DNA of 63,560 nucleotides, the filler included, from Reclinomonas americana ATCC 50394 (lineage: Eukaryota): the NCBI GenBank assembly GCA_048213135.1. It is 15 parts of 15 records of this genome, joined end to end, with 100 filler letters (N's around TTAATTAATTAA, not from the genome) between each part and the next. Parts side by side here need not be neighbours in the genome. Positions count along the whole stretch, not along the records: positions 24,663 to 28,278 come from AFZH01018848.1; positions 28,379 to 32,014 come from AFZH01018849.1; positions 32,115 to 40,002 come from AFZH01018850.1; 12 more parts are not named here. One strand, 5' to 3'. The notes under the pieces were generated by a model. That model made no database searches and was not told where the DNA came from. It saw only the letters and a list, made by a program, of their open reading frames with translations. A program made the position numbers and the translations under genes. Shown here piece after piece: positions 24,563 through 37,403 of the stretch (positions are counted from its first letter, which is position 1; each line of letters starts with the position of its first letter).

Positions 24563-24662
24563 NNNNNNNNNNNNNNNNNNNNNNNNNNNNNNNNNNNNNN
24601 NNNNNNTTAATTAATTAANNNNNNNNNNNNNNNNNNNNNNNNNNNNNNNNNNNNNNNNNNNN

Positions 24663-27395
24663 AGACACTGCCACGCCTTCTGCCGCCAGCACCACTACCG
24701 CCGCCGCCGCTGCTGCTGCTGCTGCTGTTTCGGGTGCCACGACTGCGACTGCTCCCACCGCGCCTGCACCAGAGCCAGTCGCGAAACCTGTCGTCAAACT
24801 GCCACTGACCACCGCCGACAGCCAATTGACGGACCAGACGCTACTGCGGCGACTCAAGCGAGTTGCGTCGTGTGTTTCGCAATCTTGAGCCACACATGAT
24901 GTTTGTGTCTCACTATATTCGGTGTGTCAGTCGGCTCTCGAGCGCATTGTGAGTGCAGTGACCACCAAGAAGCTCGAGGTCAGCGGCCGGGCCAACATGC
25001 ACAGCCGGGTGGTGGCCTCGTTGTTGGACATGCCGGTGGAGAGCTTCATGTACGATCTCGACGCTTCCTCGCCGCCGTCACCACTGCCGTACAGCAAGCT
25101 GGCGCTGCCGCCGGCGAAGAACGTGTGGGCCGAGACTGTGGTGGCGCACTGCTTGCAGGACTTTGACGCTCGCTTCGAGACAGCCATGTTGTGCATCTAT
25201 CGCACGTTCTCGTCGCACTGCGCGCAAGTGGATGCCGATCCGGCGCACCCTACCATGTACAAGTGGCTGGTGTCTACGCTCAGTGAGCAGCTGTTGACCA
25301 GCGGCAGATTCCCGCAGTTCTCCAAGCTGCTGTTGGAGGTGCCGGCGCTATTCCAGCAGCTGGTTGACCAACTCGACGTGTGTTGCACGTCGTCGCTCAG
25401 GTGTGTACGTGTGTGGCGCAGTCGCCTGTGCTGCGCTTGGTGCTCATATTGCGGTTTGGTGACTCGGCAGTGCATCCGCCGGTCTCGAGACGCTGCAGCA
25501 GCTGGCGGTCGGTCGATTCGGCCAGCGCTCGCATGTGTTGGAACTGGTGCTGCGATATTCGATGCGCACTGGTGAGTGTCGACTGGCGGTTGCCGCAGTT
25601 GATGAGCTCACACTCACTGGTGTGTGTGTGTGTTACGATTGAGCAGAGAAAGAGCTGTGGACGCCGGCCATGCGCACCATTTTCCAGCTGGTCGACAAGT
25701 TCGCCGACAGCGAAGAAGACATTCTCGGCACCGCACATCACCGCCTGCTGCTGCTGTCGCGCATCAACAACCCGTACAAGGCCCCCGATGCGAAGATGGA
25801 GGGCTCCGAAGACGTCCCCGACGCACAACCGCTGGTCGACAACGCGCTGGTGGACGAACTGAAGGCACTCTGCGAGTCCACACCATCGATCGATGTGGAG
25901 GAGGCGCATCTGCAAGTGACGATGCAGAACCATGCGCGTCTGTACTTTGCGCTCGTCTCCATCCGCTCTCCACACTTGATCAGCAAGTTGCGGCACTGCT
26001 CACCCGCTCTCCATCATGCATATAGCTCACCCTCGTGTGCGATAGTGTGCTGGCCGTGTACGCCTTCTGCAGTGCCACCGTGCGGACGCGATTGCGAGAA
26101 ATGTTCCACGAGTTGATTCGCACCGTGGGTGTCGATTCACTGCACGTGCTCAGTCTGCTGCAGACACGCACGAGTGGTGTGGAGCTGCGAGAGTTTATGC
26201 TTGACATTGTCACCTTTTTGGCCAACAATGGTACGCTCGCTTTGATTGCGACCCCCGCGCATCACCAGCTGCCGACTGTCTCTCTCCCTCCCTCGTCCTT
26301 GCAGGCGCACTGCGTGGCGACAAGAGCGACTTTTTCGTGCAGGTGGTCAAGGATCTGTTCGAGACGCACGGACGAGATGCACGCTTCCTTGTGCCGGTGC
26401 TGCCTGGCATGTCACGGCGCGACCTGGAGTCGCACCTGGACAGCGTGCTGCAGTTGCCATGTGCGTTTGCGTGCTTGCTTGCTGGTGTTTTTCTCCCCAT
26501 TCTAACTGAGTGACGTGTGTCACAGTGGAGCGTGTGCACGAGGCGCTGGAGCGCTTGCTCACGTCGCCAGTGAGCACGGTGCCGCCACGCGATGTGTTGG
26601 TCATGATCCACCTGACGAACGCCCCGTTGAGGAACCAAGTGGCTGGTGCGGTCGCTGATTCTGCTCGGCTCCTCTCCATGTGTACTGACTTGTATTCGTG
26701 TGGAACAGCGGCCACATTTTGCCTCGGACACCAGGCGGTGGCCAACGAGAAAGTGCTGCGCGAGGCCATTCTCTGCATTGCCGATTTGTTCCCGATACCA
26801 AAGCTCACCATGTGGACGGTGCGTGTTTGTTTGGGCAACGGAGATGCAGTGCGGCGAAAAAGTGTGCTCATCTCTGACACAGTTCATCAAGTGCCACGCC
26901 ACATACACATCGCCACTCGTCAACGCCGCTGTTGTCGATGGGCTGAAGAAGCTCATTGCCAAGCAAGTGTGGGAGGACGCAATGCTGTGGGAGGGCTTTG
27001 TCAAGTGCTGTAACGAGGTGCCGCAGTTGTCCTTTGTCGTTCTTGTTCTCACGGTTGCCTGTCGGCTCATTGTCGTTCTTTGTGTTGTGCAGGAGCTGCG
27101 TGATTCGTCGTTCCCGGCGCTGCTTGTGTTGCCGTCGGACCAGCTGGTGGCCTACATGGAGAAGACGGCGTTCCGACAACTGCCGGCTCTGGCGCGCGCC
27201 GTCGAGGTCTTGGAGAGCAAGGGGCATGCGGTGCCGGTGCACGTCCACAGTGCGCTGCAGCGTGCGGGCGAAGCTCAACAACGGCAGCAACAGCCGCGGG
27301 AAGAGGAGCAGCAACAAGAACCGGAACAACCACCACCAGCAGCAGTAGCAGCGATGGAGGTCGATCATAGCGGCGTCAAGCAAGAGAAGAACTAG
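24663..27395 (+). CDS. SYMPK: Symplekin, C-terminal part
   Basis: FSKLLLEVP, DARFLVPVLPGMSR, VPPRDVLVMIH, PIPKLTMWT, LIAKQVWEDAMLWEGFVKCC, SFPALLVLPSDQL (Symplekin_C pattern). Confidence 0.88.
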
Positions 27396-27432
27396 CACAC
27401 AATGAATGCAACTGACATCTAAAATGGTCGCA

Positions 27433-28278
27433 CTATACTTTCTTCTCTGCAGCAAACAAGTCCTCCTGTCGCGATAGCTCCGGCAGCATCTCCGTCAGCA
27501 GCTGCGTCAGCGAGGCCACCGATCCGATCTCTGTCCGCGTCGCCACCTGCTTGTCGCCCAGCAGCGCAAAGTACGGCAGACGAATCGGCGCGTACTCGTT
27601 GCCTGCATCGGGAACGAGTGAGTGTCGTTGCAGCTGCGGCTGCACGCGACCACGCTACATGCATACCGAGTCGTGCCACCAACAGCATGCCACGTCGGTC
27701 GGCAGTGAGGATCCACGCTTCTTCCACCGCCTGCGGATCCGTGTGCGTACCCTGCAATGCCAGACGACACAGCGCTCGTACTTCGCGTTCGTGTTCATCG
27801 TTCATCCACGACAACACCTCGCCACTATTCAACGCCACCGCATCGGCAATGGCTCGCTGATACTCGGTGACCTCCACTTGCTCCACCGTGGCCGTTCTGT
27901 GCATCTCCATGAGACAGACAACTGGAGCCACATGCACACAGCGATGCCGCACGCACCCTCCCGAGTAGTGAATCGACGACACATCCAGCGTGCAAAACAC
28001 GCACGTGTTGCGTGCAAAGAACTCGGCCAGGTTCGCGTGCTGCTTCATCAGGCGCTGCTGCGCCAGCGAGGCCTCATTGCCACGCAGCTCACGCACCTCC
28101 CCGAAGAGATTGATGCGCGGCAGCATCACCAGCGGGTCCAGCGGTGCACGCTTCCCAGCGGAAGCCGCACCCGGATGCGGCACCATCAGCGACGCCCGCG
28201 CATCGCGCTGCAGGTTGCCTCGCTGCGGAGAATCGTGTCGCAGGAAAAAGTACGGTCGCCCTCGCACATCCAACGCGT
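27433..28278 (-). CDS. HugZ/GluTR-binding-protein-like split-barrel protein (PNPOx-like + DUF2470-like); 5' end missing
   Basis: GRPYFFL...NLQRDARASLMV...PRINLFGEV; VLSWMNDEH...ADRRGM...IRLPY. Confidence 0.72.
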
Positions 28279-28378
28279 NNNNNNNNNNNNNNNNNNNNNN
28301 NNNNNNNNNNNNNNNNNNNNNNTTAATTAATTAANNNNNNNNNNNNNNNNNNNNNNNNNNNNNNNNNNNNNNNNNNNN

Positions 28379-30230
28379 ATGAGTGAGGAGGTGTTGGATC
28401 CGCGTGGCCGCCGAGTGGTGGAGCGCAACGAGCGCGGCGATGTGATTACCACAGTGTACAGTGCGCAGGGAGAAGCAGTGTGGAAGCGCGTCGAGAAGCA
28501 TGTACGAGTGCCGGGGGAAGTCATTGGTCTGTGTGCTGCATTCGTTGTTTGAGGCCTCTCTCTCTCTCTCTCTGACTGTGTGCACACCAGTGCTCACAAA
28601 GCGCGAGCTCACGGACGCGCAGGTCGTGGCGTCGCCGCTGCCTGCGCATGTAATGTCGGTGAACTATTCATCGAATGCACTCACGCGCATTCCTGTTGCG
28701 TCTCTCTGGTTTCGACACTCGAGTGCATACATGCACTGACCACAGTGAGAGTGTGCGTTGACAGGATATCAGAGATCGCCGCGCGCTGACGCTGCTCAAC
28801 GTGTCGCACAACCAGATTGCGTCGCTCGATGCATTGCCAGAGGCGACGCCGCTGCCTGAGTTCAAAGGTCATTTTTCCGTCTCTTGTCGCACTCTGTCGC
28901 GCTTTTTGTTGACGGTGATGGTGCAGCGTTGATTGTGTCGGATAACGCGCTGACCACGCTGCGACCGCTCGAGACGCGGGCCAGTGTACGCGTACTGGAG
29001 TCGATCGTGGCCAACGCGAATCGCATTCGTGAGCTCGGCGATCTGTCGTTGCTCACGCAGCTCAGGACCCTCGGTGTGTGTGTGTGTGTGTGTGTGTGGG
29101 TGTGCCTGCTTTGCTGCCCGTGTTGACTTGCGCTGACTGATGGCCGGCAGTGCTCACCAACAACATGCTGGACGACAAGGCGCTGGCGAGTGCCGGTCTG
29201 GAGAGGTTGCCGCATCTGACGAAGGTGTCGTGTGGCGAGAATGTTCTCACCGAGTTTCCGGGCTACTTGTTGGTGCGTGTTTTTCCGGCGAGGTTGCATT
29301 CGCCACGCGCCTCTCCTCGTCCACTCACTCGTCCTCCTTGCAGCGATGCCCGGCACTCAAGGAGTTGCGACTGGCGCACAATCAGATCTCGGCAATCACC
29401 ATGCCGTCGGACGCCTGTGCACCGCTGACCATTCTCAACATGTCGAGCAAGTGCGTTGCAGTTCGCCTCCAGCAGTCCGTTGCACCTTTGCTAAAAACGC
29501 GTTGCATGCTACTCGCAGCATGTTGTCCAAGTTCAAGTCGCTGCGTCGCCTGTCGCAGCTGCCGACACTGGTCAATCTGTCGCTGCGCGGCAACCCTGTG
29601 ACGGAGCGTGATGGCTTTGAAGAGCACCTGCGCATTCTTATGCCGTGGTTGGAGCTGCTGGATGGCACCGTCATGGCGAGAGGAGGAGGGGGAGGAGGAG
29701 AAGGCAGCGGGGAGGCGATGGAGGTCACCAGACCGCACAAGGTGAAGAAACAGAAGAGCGAGACGGCAGAAGGTGCGGAGCCGATGGAAGACGAGGAGGT
29801 GGAGGAGTCGAGCAAGGAGGAGAAAAAGAAGAAGAGGAAGAGGGAGAAGAAGAAGAAGGCGGAAGAAGCGGCGGCGGCAGAGGACGACCAAGGAGCGTTG
29901 TCGTCGCAGCCACTCACGGCAGCGGAGATTGGCGCCAAGACCGAGGAAGTTGAGCGTCCACGCAAGGCACTGCAGTCGGGTGTCGTGAGCGGTGGCAACC
30001 TGTCGGGAGACGTGTTTGCACGAGCTGCGCGGAAACGACCACGCGACGCCGAAGCCGGCGACGACGATGGACCGAGCTCGAAACGCAAGGATCAAAAGGA
30101 GAAGAAGAACAAGAACAAGAAGAAGGACAAGGGCAAGTCGAGATCGGACAGTGTCAACGGCGCACCCGCGCTGGCACGACTGCCTGGTCTCAACGACGAT
30201 CTGTCGGGTGTCGTGGGAGGCTGGGACTAG
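28379..30230 (+). CDS. SDS22-like LRR protein with Lys/Glu-rich C-terminal tail
   Basis: LTLLNVSHNQIASL, LKELRLAHNQI, LVNLSLRGNPV...LMPWLELLDG; KKEKKKK-type tail. Confidence 0.8.
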
Positions 30231-30408
30231 TCAGCGCACTCGTAAAACATTTTAGATTATCAATAGACGAAGCACATGTGTTCTGAATCTTTAATCACAT
30301 CCCTTGCGAGCAGATGCCTTGATGTGAGACACAAGCAAGAGGGCGAGTGCCATGCAATCACAGCAGCGAGCGTGTGGGCCGATGTACGACTTTGTTGTAC
30401 AACAATCG

Positions 30409-31532
30409 TTACCAACTCGATGCACGCTGGGTGATGACATCGGCATGTTCGCCGACAAAGCAACGCAGAACGATCTCAACCAAGCAGCGGTCGTTGGCCA
30501 TGGAGCCGCCCGCAAGAAGTTCTTTCACAACAGACAGTGCATATCGCACGCTTTTGACTTCGGCACGGGCACATCCAAGTTCTGAGTACCACACACGTAT
30601 TGTGCCGTCTCCTCCTCCACTCACAATGAGCTGCCCGTCGGGAGTCACGGCAACAGACGACACTTTATCAGTGTGTCCGTCAAAGCGCCACATCTCAGTG
30701 CCACTTGCCATGGACCACAGGCGAATTGACTTGTCGTGGCTCCCACTCACGATACGCTGCCCGTCGGGAGTGACGGCAATCGACAGCACCTGATCGAAGT
30801 GTCCCACCAGTCGTTGTACTTCGCGGCCGCTCGCCAGCGACCACACTCGAATCGTCGTATCATTACCCCCGCTCACGACGAGCTGGCAGTCGGGAGTGAC
30901 GGCTGCACAAAACACCGCATCAGTGTGCCCCTCCAGTCGATGCACCTCGTCGCCGCTGGCCAACGACCACACTCGAACCATGTTGTCCCAACCACCAGAC
31001 ACCACGTGTCGACTGTCGGAAGTCACGGCAATGGAGAACACCTCGCCAGTGTGCCCTCTCGAACACCGCAGTTCCTTTCCTTGCGACAATGACCACACGC
31101 GCACAGTCATGTCGTAGCTTCCGCTCACAGCATGCAGTCCGTCAGCGGCAACGGCGACAGCTGACACTGCGGTGGTGTGCCCTTTCAGCCGCACGACTTT
31201 CTTTCCACTCTCCACTGACCACACATGCACCACTCCGTCAATGCCCCCACTCAAGATCTGTTGACCGTCAGGAGTGACGGCGACTGCCCACACGGCGCCA
31301 CTGAGTACTTCAAACTGGCGCACTCGCGTGCCATCCACAACCGACCACACTTGAATGGTTTCGTCGCCACTCCCGCTTACCACGTGACAACCGTCAGCAG
31401 TGACGGCAATGGACGACACAGCGTCGGTGTGGCCACGCAATATCTGTGTCTGTTGTGGTGGTGGCAGTGAGTCACATAACGCTGCATGGATGCAGACCGC
31501 AGGGTTGTGAAACGCACTCTCACAGCCATCAT
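30409..31532 (-). CDS. WD40-repeat protein (7 repeats); at most one 5' intron
   Basis: Repeated GHT-x-x-V-x-x-(V/I)AVT-x-DG-x-x-(V/I)VSG-x-x-D-x-T(I/V)RVWS units; start inferred at ATG ATG followed by an intron. Confidence 0.88.
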
Positions 31533-31614
31533 CGTAGTGCGAGTGATGACTTTGACTTGAAATTGCGCCTGGCGTGATTGAACTCTCCTCCTCCGCCTCT
31601 CGAAAGAGCAAAGT

Positions 31615-32372
31615 ATGATGGGTTCCTCCGCGTCCTCAGCCAAGGCCAGTGTCGTCCGGTCGAGCCTGCGTTTCCTCTCGTGGAACGTATGGTTCGACAG
31701 GTTCGCCTTTGACAGCCGCGTGCAGCAGATCTTCTCCGTCGCCGAGGCCTCGGAAGCCGACTTTCTGTGCTTCCAGGAGGTTGGTTGGTGGACCTCTCTC
31801 CTCTCATCCTGCTGTCCATCTCATGGCCTCTTGCTGCTGCGCAGGTCACACCGCGCTTCTTCTGCCTTTGTTGCGCGATGCATTGTGATGATGGATGTCA
31901 AAAATAACTTCATCACTCACTCGTTGCTGATCGTCGCCAGTGGAGCGTCACCGATCGCTGACCCGCAACTATGTCATGTCGGCCTCGCATCAGCAGCAAG
32001 TGGCTCCATACCAANNNNNNNNNNNNNNNNNNNNNNNNNNNNNNNNNNNNNNNNNNNNTTAATTAATTAANNNNNNNNNNNNNNNNNNNNNNNNNNNNNN
32101 NNNNNNNNNNNNNNCACTGTTCCACATGGAATCGCTCACACTTATCACCACCACCGCACAGCACGAATCTGGTGCTGAGGGGGCACAGGGAAGAGACAAT
32201 GCGCTACGACCGCATCTGCGCTCGTCTGTCATCCAAGTGGGCGGCCACCAGCATCGAGATGATTGGCACCGAGGCGTTTGTCGATCCGGCGACAGGGCAC
32301 ATGCTGCATGCGTCGGACCACTATGGCTTGATGGCGTGCATTGAGGCACGTGACGCAGAGGCACCACAATGA
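31615..32372 (+). CDS. EEP-family phosphodiesterase, TDP2-like; interrupted by gap 32015-32114
   Basis: LRFLSWNVWF...ADFLCFQEV before the gap; RYDRI...IEMIGTE...ASDHYGL after it. Confidence 0.82.
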
Positions 32373-32539
32373 ACAATATCGATGATCGCAAAGCAAGTGA
32401 CCTAGGGGGCGGCGACTGCACCGTTCACTCAATCTACGAGGGCGACGACATGCATGCACCGCAATAACAACTATAGCGGGGGGAGGCGAAGGAGAGAAGA
32501 AAGAAGGGGAAAGGAAACGGTTTAGGCGCATTTCACGCA

Positions 32540-35500
32540 TTACAGCCACGGCTCCAGCGAGATGTCGGCAAGACTGGCGCCCTGTTGACCGGCGCACGTC
32601 TCCGCCACCATCATGTACGTGCTGGCCAACTTGGCATCGGCCTCGGCAGCACCGGCACGCGGGTACTTTTGCAGGAAGCGCGCAAACGCCAGTGGATAGA
32701 TTGGCAGCAAGGTGTCGTGCTGAATGGTGGCGCACGCCAGCAGCGACGTGCGCGCCTTTTCCAGATCGCCCCGCTGCACGTACAGCAGACCGAGCCACAA
32801 ATGCACCTGCAGCACGATCACAAACATGAGCATCAATTTAGGTGAGATGCGCGCATACATGTCGCCGCCACCACCAACCTCAGCATTGTTGCCATCGGGG
32901 AAGGAGAGGGCCTTCTCGTACAGTCGCTCGGCCTCTTCCAAGTTGCTTCGCACAATGTGGAAAAACGTTCCCAACTGCAAGAATGCCTGCGACATGGTCG
33001 GGAACTCGGTGGTGGTGGCAAGTGTCAGAATCTCCTCGGTGCGATCGGCGTCTTCGGGGCGCGCGGTCGCATACAGGAAGGTGCCGTAGGCCACAGTAAT
33101 CTGGTAATCGTTCGGGCTGCGCATCACGACCGTGAGACAGAGGCGTGTGAATCGACCGGGAAAAAACACCACACCTCAGTGCCACGGCCTTCTCGTACAC
33201 CTCCTTGGCCTTGAGGTACTGCTCGTCGGGCATGGTGTACTGCGCTTGCGTCAGAGTGGCTTTCGGCAAACGGTGCTCGATCGACGCCCGTCGAGCCAGG
33301 AAGTTGCCGTACGAGGCGAACACCAGTGCCTTGTCGGGGTGCTGCTTCATGGCGTCCAAATAGGCGGCCTCCGCCTGCGGCCACTTGTCTTGCAGCATCA
33401 ACAAATCGGCGTGCAGAACCATGGACTCGACGCGGCGCGGCCCGAGTCTCTGCAAGCGTGCCACCACGGGCTCGACTTCACGCACATTCTACACACACAC
33501 AAAAGAATTCGTGAGAATGGCGTCGATGATAGAAACACCAAGCACACTTCTCACACACCGATGCCGTGAGCAAGAGCACTTCCGCGTACTTGGCGTTCGC
33601 ATCAAAGTTCTTCGGATCGGCCACTGTGGCGGCGTACAGGTGCTCCTTGGCGCGGCCAGTCGTCAGCGACTGTCCGAGATCGAGCTCGAGCGATCCCAGG
33701 TGCCAGAGAGCATCGGCATGTGACTGCACGTGCACAAGCGGGGTGAGACAACACCGCTGCCATCACAGGAACACAGAAAATAATGCAGACCTTGTTGTAC
33801 GAAATGGCCTTGCTGTACGCGCGACACGCATGCTTCGCATCCTTGAATCGCTGCTCGTACAGCAATCCGAGCTGGTAGTGCAGCTCGGCGTTCGTCGGCT
33901 GCACCTTCAGCAGTCTCTTGAAGAGAGTGCGAGAAACCAGCGGCTGGTTGGCGATCCGGTTCAAGAACCCAGCAAACACTTCGTTGAAGGCGAATGCTGC
34001 GTTCTGCGGCGGGCAGGCCATAGGAATGCCTGTTCATCGTATATCTCGACGTGAGACCGCAGCCGCACGAGGATTGCATGCACCCGACCGTTGCTTACCA
34101 AGTTCAAACACGTCGGTGGGATGAATCGGCACGGAGAGGAACAACAGCGCCGGCAAGGCCAAGTGTTGCAGGATGACCGACACGGGAACCTCGGCAGGTA
34201 CTGCCGGCGAAGACGACGAAGACGATCCCTCGGCCGCATCCACACTGCCGCCACTGACTGACGAAGCAAAGGCCGAGTAGGCTGCCGCAGCAGACTCGGC
34301 GTCATCGCGACCGAGCAAAAAGTAGAATGCAGAGTTGAGCGCCAGAGTTGGATTGCCTGCATTTGGGTGTCAATTCCCAAGTGGTTCGACCATCGGCTCC
34401 GCGACGACACCATCACGCAACTGCGCCAGTCCACATTCTTCATCAGCCGGGTGGCCACATCAGCCTTCTTCCACAGTACAAGAGTGATGACATAGCACGA
34501 GAGGCAGGCCGGCGATCCCGGGAACAGCTTCATCAGCTGATCAAGCGCGGACATTATATCTCGTCGTGAGAACGCGACACTGGGGGAACAAGGGTTGACA
34601 CAGACGACGAAAGAAAGTACCTCCTTGAAGGCTGTCTCGCCCTGCTTGAAGCTCACATTGGCCCACAGATGCAGCGCACGCAGCATGTGCACGTACTCGT
34701 CCGCAGGCGCGAGTGCAGCAGCCGTGTCGAATGCTGCCGCCGCGGTGACGCGGTCACGAGATTTGAGCCATCGCACCAGGCCAACTTCGCTCGCGAACCC
34801 TGCTCGCGCCGCTGGATCGGCGACTTCCGAACTGGCACTATCGAGAGACAAGCAGAATGCAATTTGAGTGATAACTTAAAGGAAGCAACAGATCCCACAG
34901 CCGGCGACGCACGCTTCAAGCAACAGAATTGCATCGTCGGGTTTGTTCTCCACGTACGCCAACTGGCGTGCATAGCTCGTTACCGCCTGCAAGGAAGTGC
35001 GTGAATACTGTGTGCCTCAAAAAGCAAGAATGCATATATGTGTGGAGAGACAGAGGCAACGCAACGACCGTCGACTGCGGATCCAATTTCACTGCCTCCT
35101 GGAACAACTGGCTGACCACGTCGACTGGCTGCTGCGAGGCCACGGCAGACACGGCGGCAGTGAGCTTCTCGCCGGCTGCATCAGAGAGGACGGACGGCGT
35201 GAGCACAGGTGAGTTGTCGCAGGGGCATGCACAGCTGCACGGACGCAACATTGATCCGACTGGCGACGACCACCAAACAGCGAGCGGAACGGGTTCGGCA
35301 CGTCAGCAACCGGGGCCGGAGGTGCTGATGGTGCTGGTGGAGGTGGTGGTGGTGGTGGGCTGGCCGGCGACGCCACAACAGTCTCGGGAGTGACCGGTGG
35401 CGATACGACGGACGGCGCAGGCGAATCGACAACAGCGGTAACCATGGCATTCTTCTTCTCTCGCAGACGTGCCTTCTTCTCCTGATGGCGCAGCTGCTTT

Positions 35501-37024
35501 GCCGTCAGACGTGGGGGAGATGTCACAGAGCCAGCAGCCTTCTCTGCGTGCTCCTTGTCATCAGAAGGCGAATCGCCGCCGGATTCGTCTCTCTCCTCCA
35601 CCTCCGCCTCCTCCTCCACTTCCTCCTCCACTTGCACTTTCTCTTCGACCTTCACCGGTTGCTGCTTGCCCGCCGCAACGGTGACGGTCAGCACACGTTC
35701 CTCATGCGTTGCAGTGGCGACAGCGGTGGTCGTGGTGGTGGTGGTAGTGGTGATGGTGGCGGTCGTCGTGCTGTTACTGCTGCTGTAGCTGCGAGTGTCT
35801 GTTGCCGTTACCGACGCGCTCACCACCTTGACGGCTGCATTCTCTGCAGACGACGAGACGGGCTTCGGAATCGAGAACACCGTCACCGGCGGCACGTCGT
35901 CGCCAAAGAGACCGCCAATCACCATGGTTTCCGCCTCCGCGACAGGCGCGACGGGGAAAACGTGACCATTCGCCTTGGGCGCCTCCACTGGCTTCGGTGC
36001 TGGAGCCGCGGCAACGACAGCAGGCTTCGGAGCCGGAGCAGCGGTGACAACAGGAGCTGGCGCCGCTGCTGCCTTCGGTGCCGGTGCCGGTGCCGGTGCT
36101 TGAACCGGCTTGGCAGGAGCGGCAACCGGAGCTGCAGCCGGCTTTGGTGCAGGCTTCGGTGCTTCCGCGGAGACTGGAGCCGGTGCTGGGGGAGCAGCAG
36201 CAGCAGCAGCAGCAGCGGGCTTGGGTGCTGGCTGTGCGGCGGCGACAGGCTTCGGAGCCGGAGCTGGAGCAGCAGCTGCAACAGCAGCGGGCTTGGGTGC
36301 GGCAGGCTTCGGTGCCGGAGCAGTGGCCACTGGAGCTGGAGCTGGAGCAGCAGCAACAGCGGGCTTGGGTGCCGGTTTGGGTGCCTCTGTAGCAGCTGGC
36401 CTCGCCGCAGCAGGCTTGGGTGCCGGAGCAGCGGCCACTGGAGCTGGAGCTGGAGCAGCAGCATCAGCGGGCTTGGGCGCGGCAGGCTTTGGTGCTTCCG
36501 CAGCAGCTGGCCTCGCCGCAGAAGGCTTCGGCGCCGGTGGAGCTGGAGTGGCAACAGGCTTGGGCGCGGCGGGCTTTGGTGCCTCCGCTGCTGCTGCTGC
36601 CTTCGCCTTCGGTGCCGCCTTGCCGTTCTGCGCCGGCTTGGCGGGCGACACCACCACCTCAGTCGCGCTCACTTGCTGCTGCTGCTGCGGCTGTCGCTGC
36701 GGCTTTGCGGGCGCCGCTGTCGTCACCACAGTCGTGCTGCTGACGACCACGGCGGCGGCCGAGGCCGCAGCGGTCGCAGACACAGTGGACACTTGCTCCT
36801 CACTACGTCCTCGCGTGGTGGGTGATGCCGCGGTGACTGTGGCGTGCGGACGGGGGGTGTTGGTGGTCGGGGGTGAGTGAGCAGATGTGCATGTGCACCA
36901 GCAACAAAAACGCGACGGAACTCGTGGAGAGCGTGAACTCGCCCATTTGCACAGAGGCTGAACTTGCAGGAACCTGCTCCTGTTGCTGCTGCTGCTGCTG
37001 CGAGCTGCTGCGACGATTCATCAT
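32540..37024 (-). CDS. TPR-repeat protein with long Pro/Ala/Lys-rich N-terminal region
   Basis: TPR-like segments (LFQEAVKLDPQST, LLKVQPTNAELHYQLGLLY, AEAAYLDAMKQHPDKALVFASYGNFL, AERLYEKALS); single-gene model inferred. Confidence 0.72.
35960..36620 (-). repeat. Coding degenerate tandem repeats (APKPAA/APAPVA)
   Basis: Recurrent ggcttgggtgc/ggagctggagc units encoding PKPAA-type peptides. Confidence 0.85.
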
Positions 37025-37403
37025 GTGTCGCACGCCAGCGGCGACGAGCTGCCAGGCGGAGAGTGAGTGAGTGTGACATGTCCTCCGCAGCGGGCAGACG
37101 AGAGGAGAGAGGGAGAGGGGAGTGTGCCTACCGGCAGAGAGGCCGCCACAGTGGCAAGCAGCGGAATGAGAGGATTCCCCTCGGACATGGCGTTCTCCGA
37201 GAGAAAAAATGTAGAGTGTGACAAGTTTTGTCGGATTGCTTGCTGCTCGGTGGACTTCATTTCGCGAAGCGTAAAAGAGAGGAAAAGCCACGCAGGGCAG
37301 CGACCATTGAAGTACATAACGCGCATATGTAAGGTGAGAAAGAAGAAAAAAACAAACAGAAAAGAAAAAGATCAACAGTCAAAACTGGCGGCGATGAGCT
37401 GGC

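Noticed and set aside
36110..36880. Long antisense ORFs (Gly/Ala-rich here; also 62304-63254 and 10075-11169)
   Set aside because: Shadow ORFs of GC-rich coding sequence on the opposite strand, with no independent motifs.
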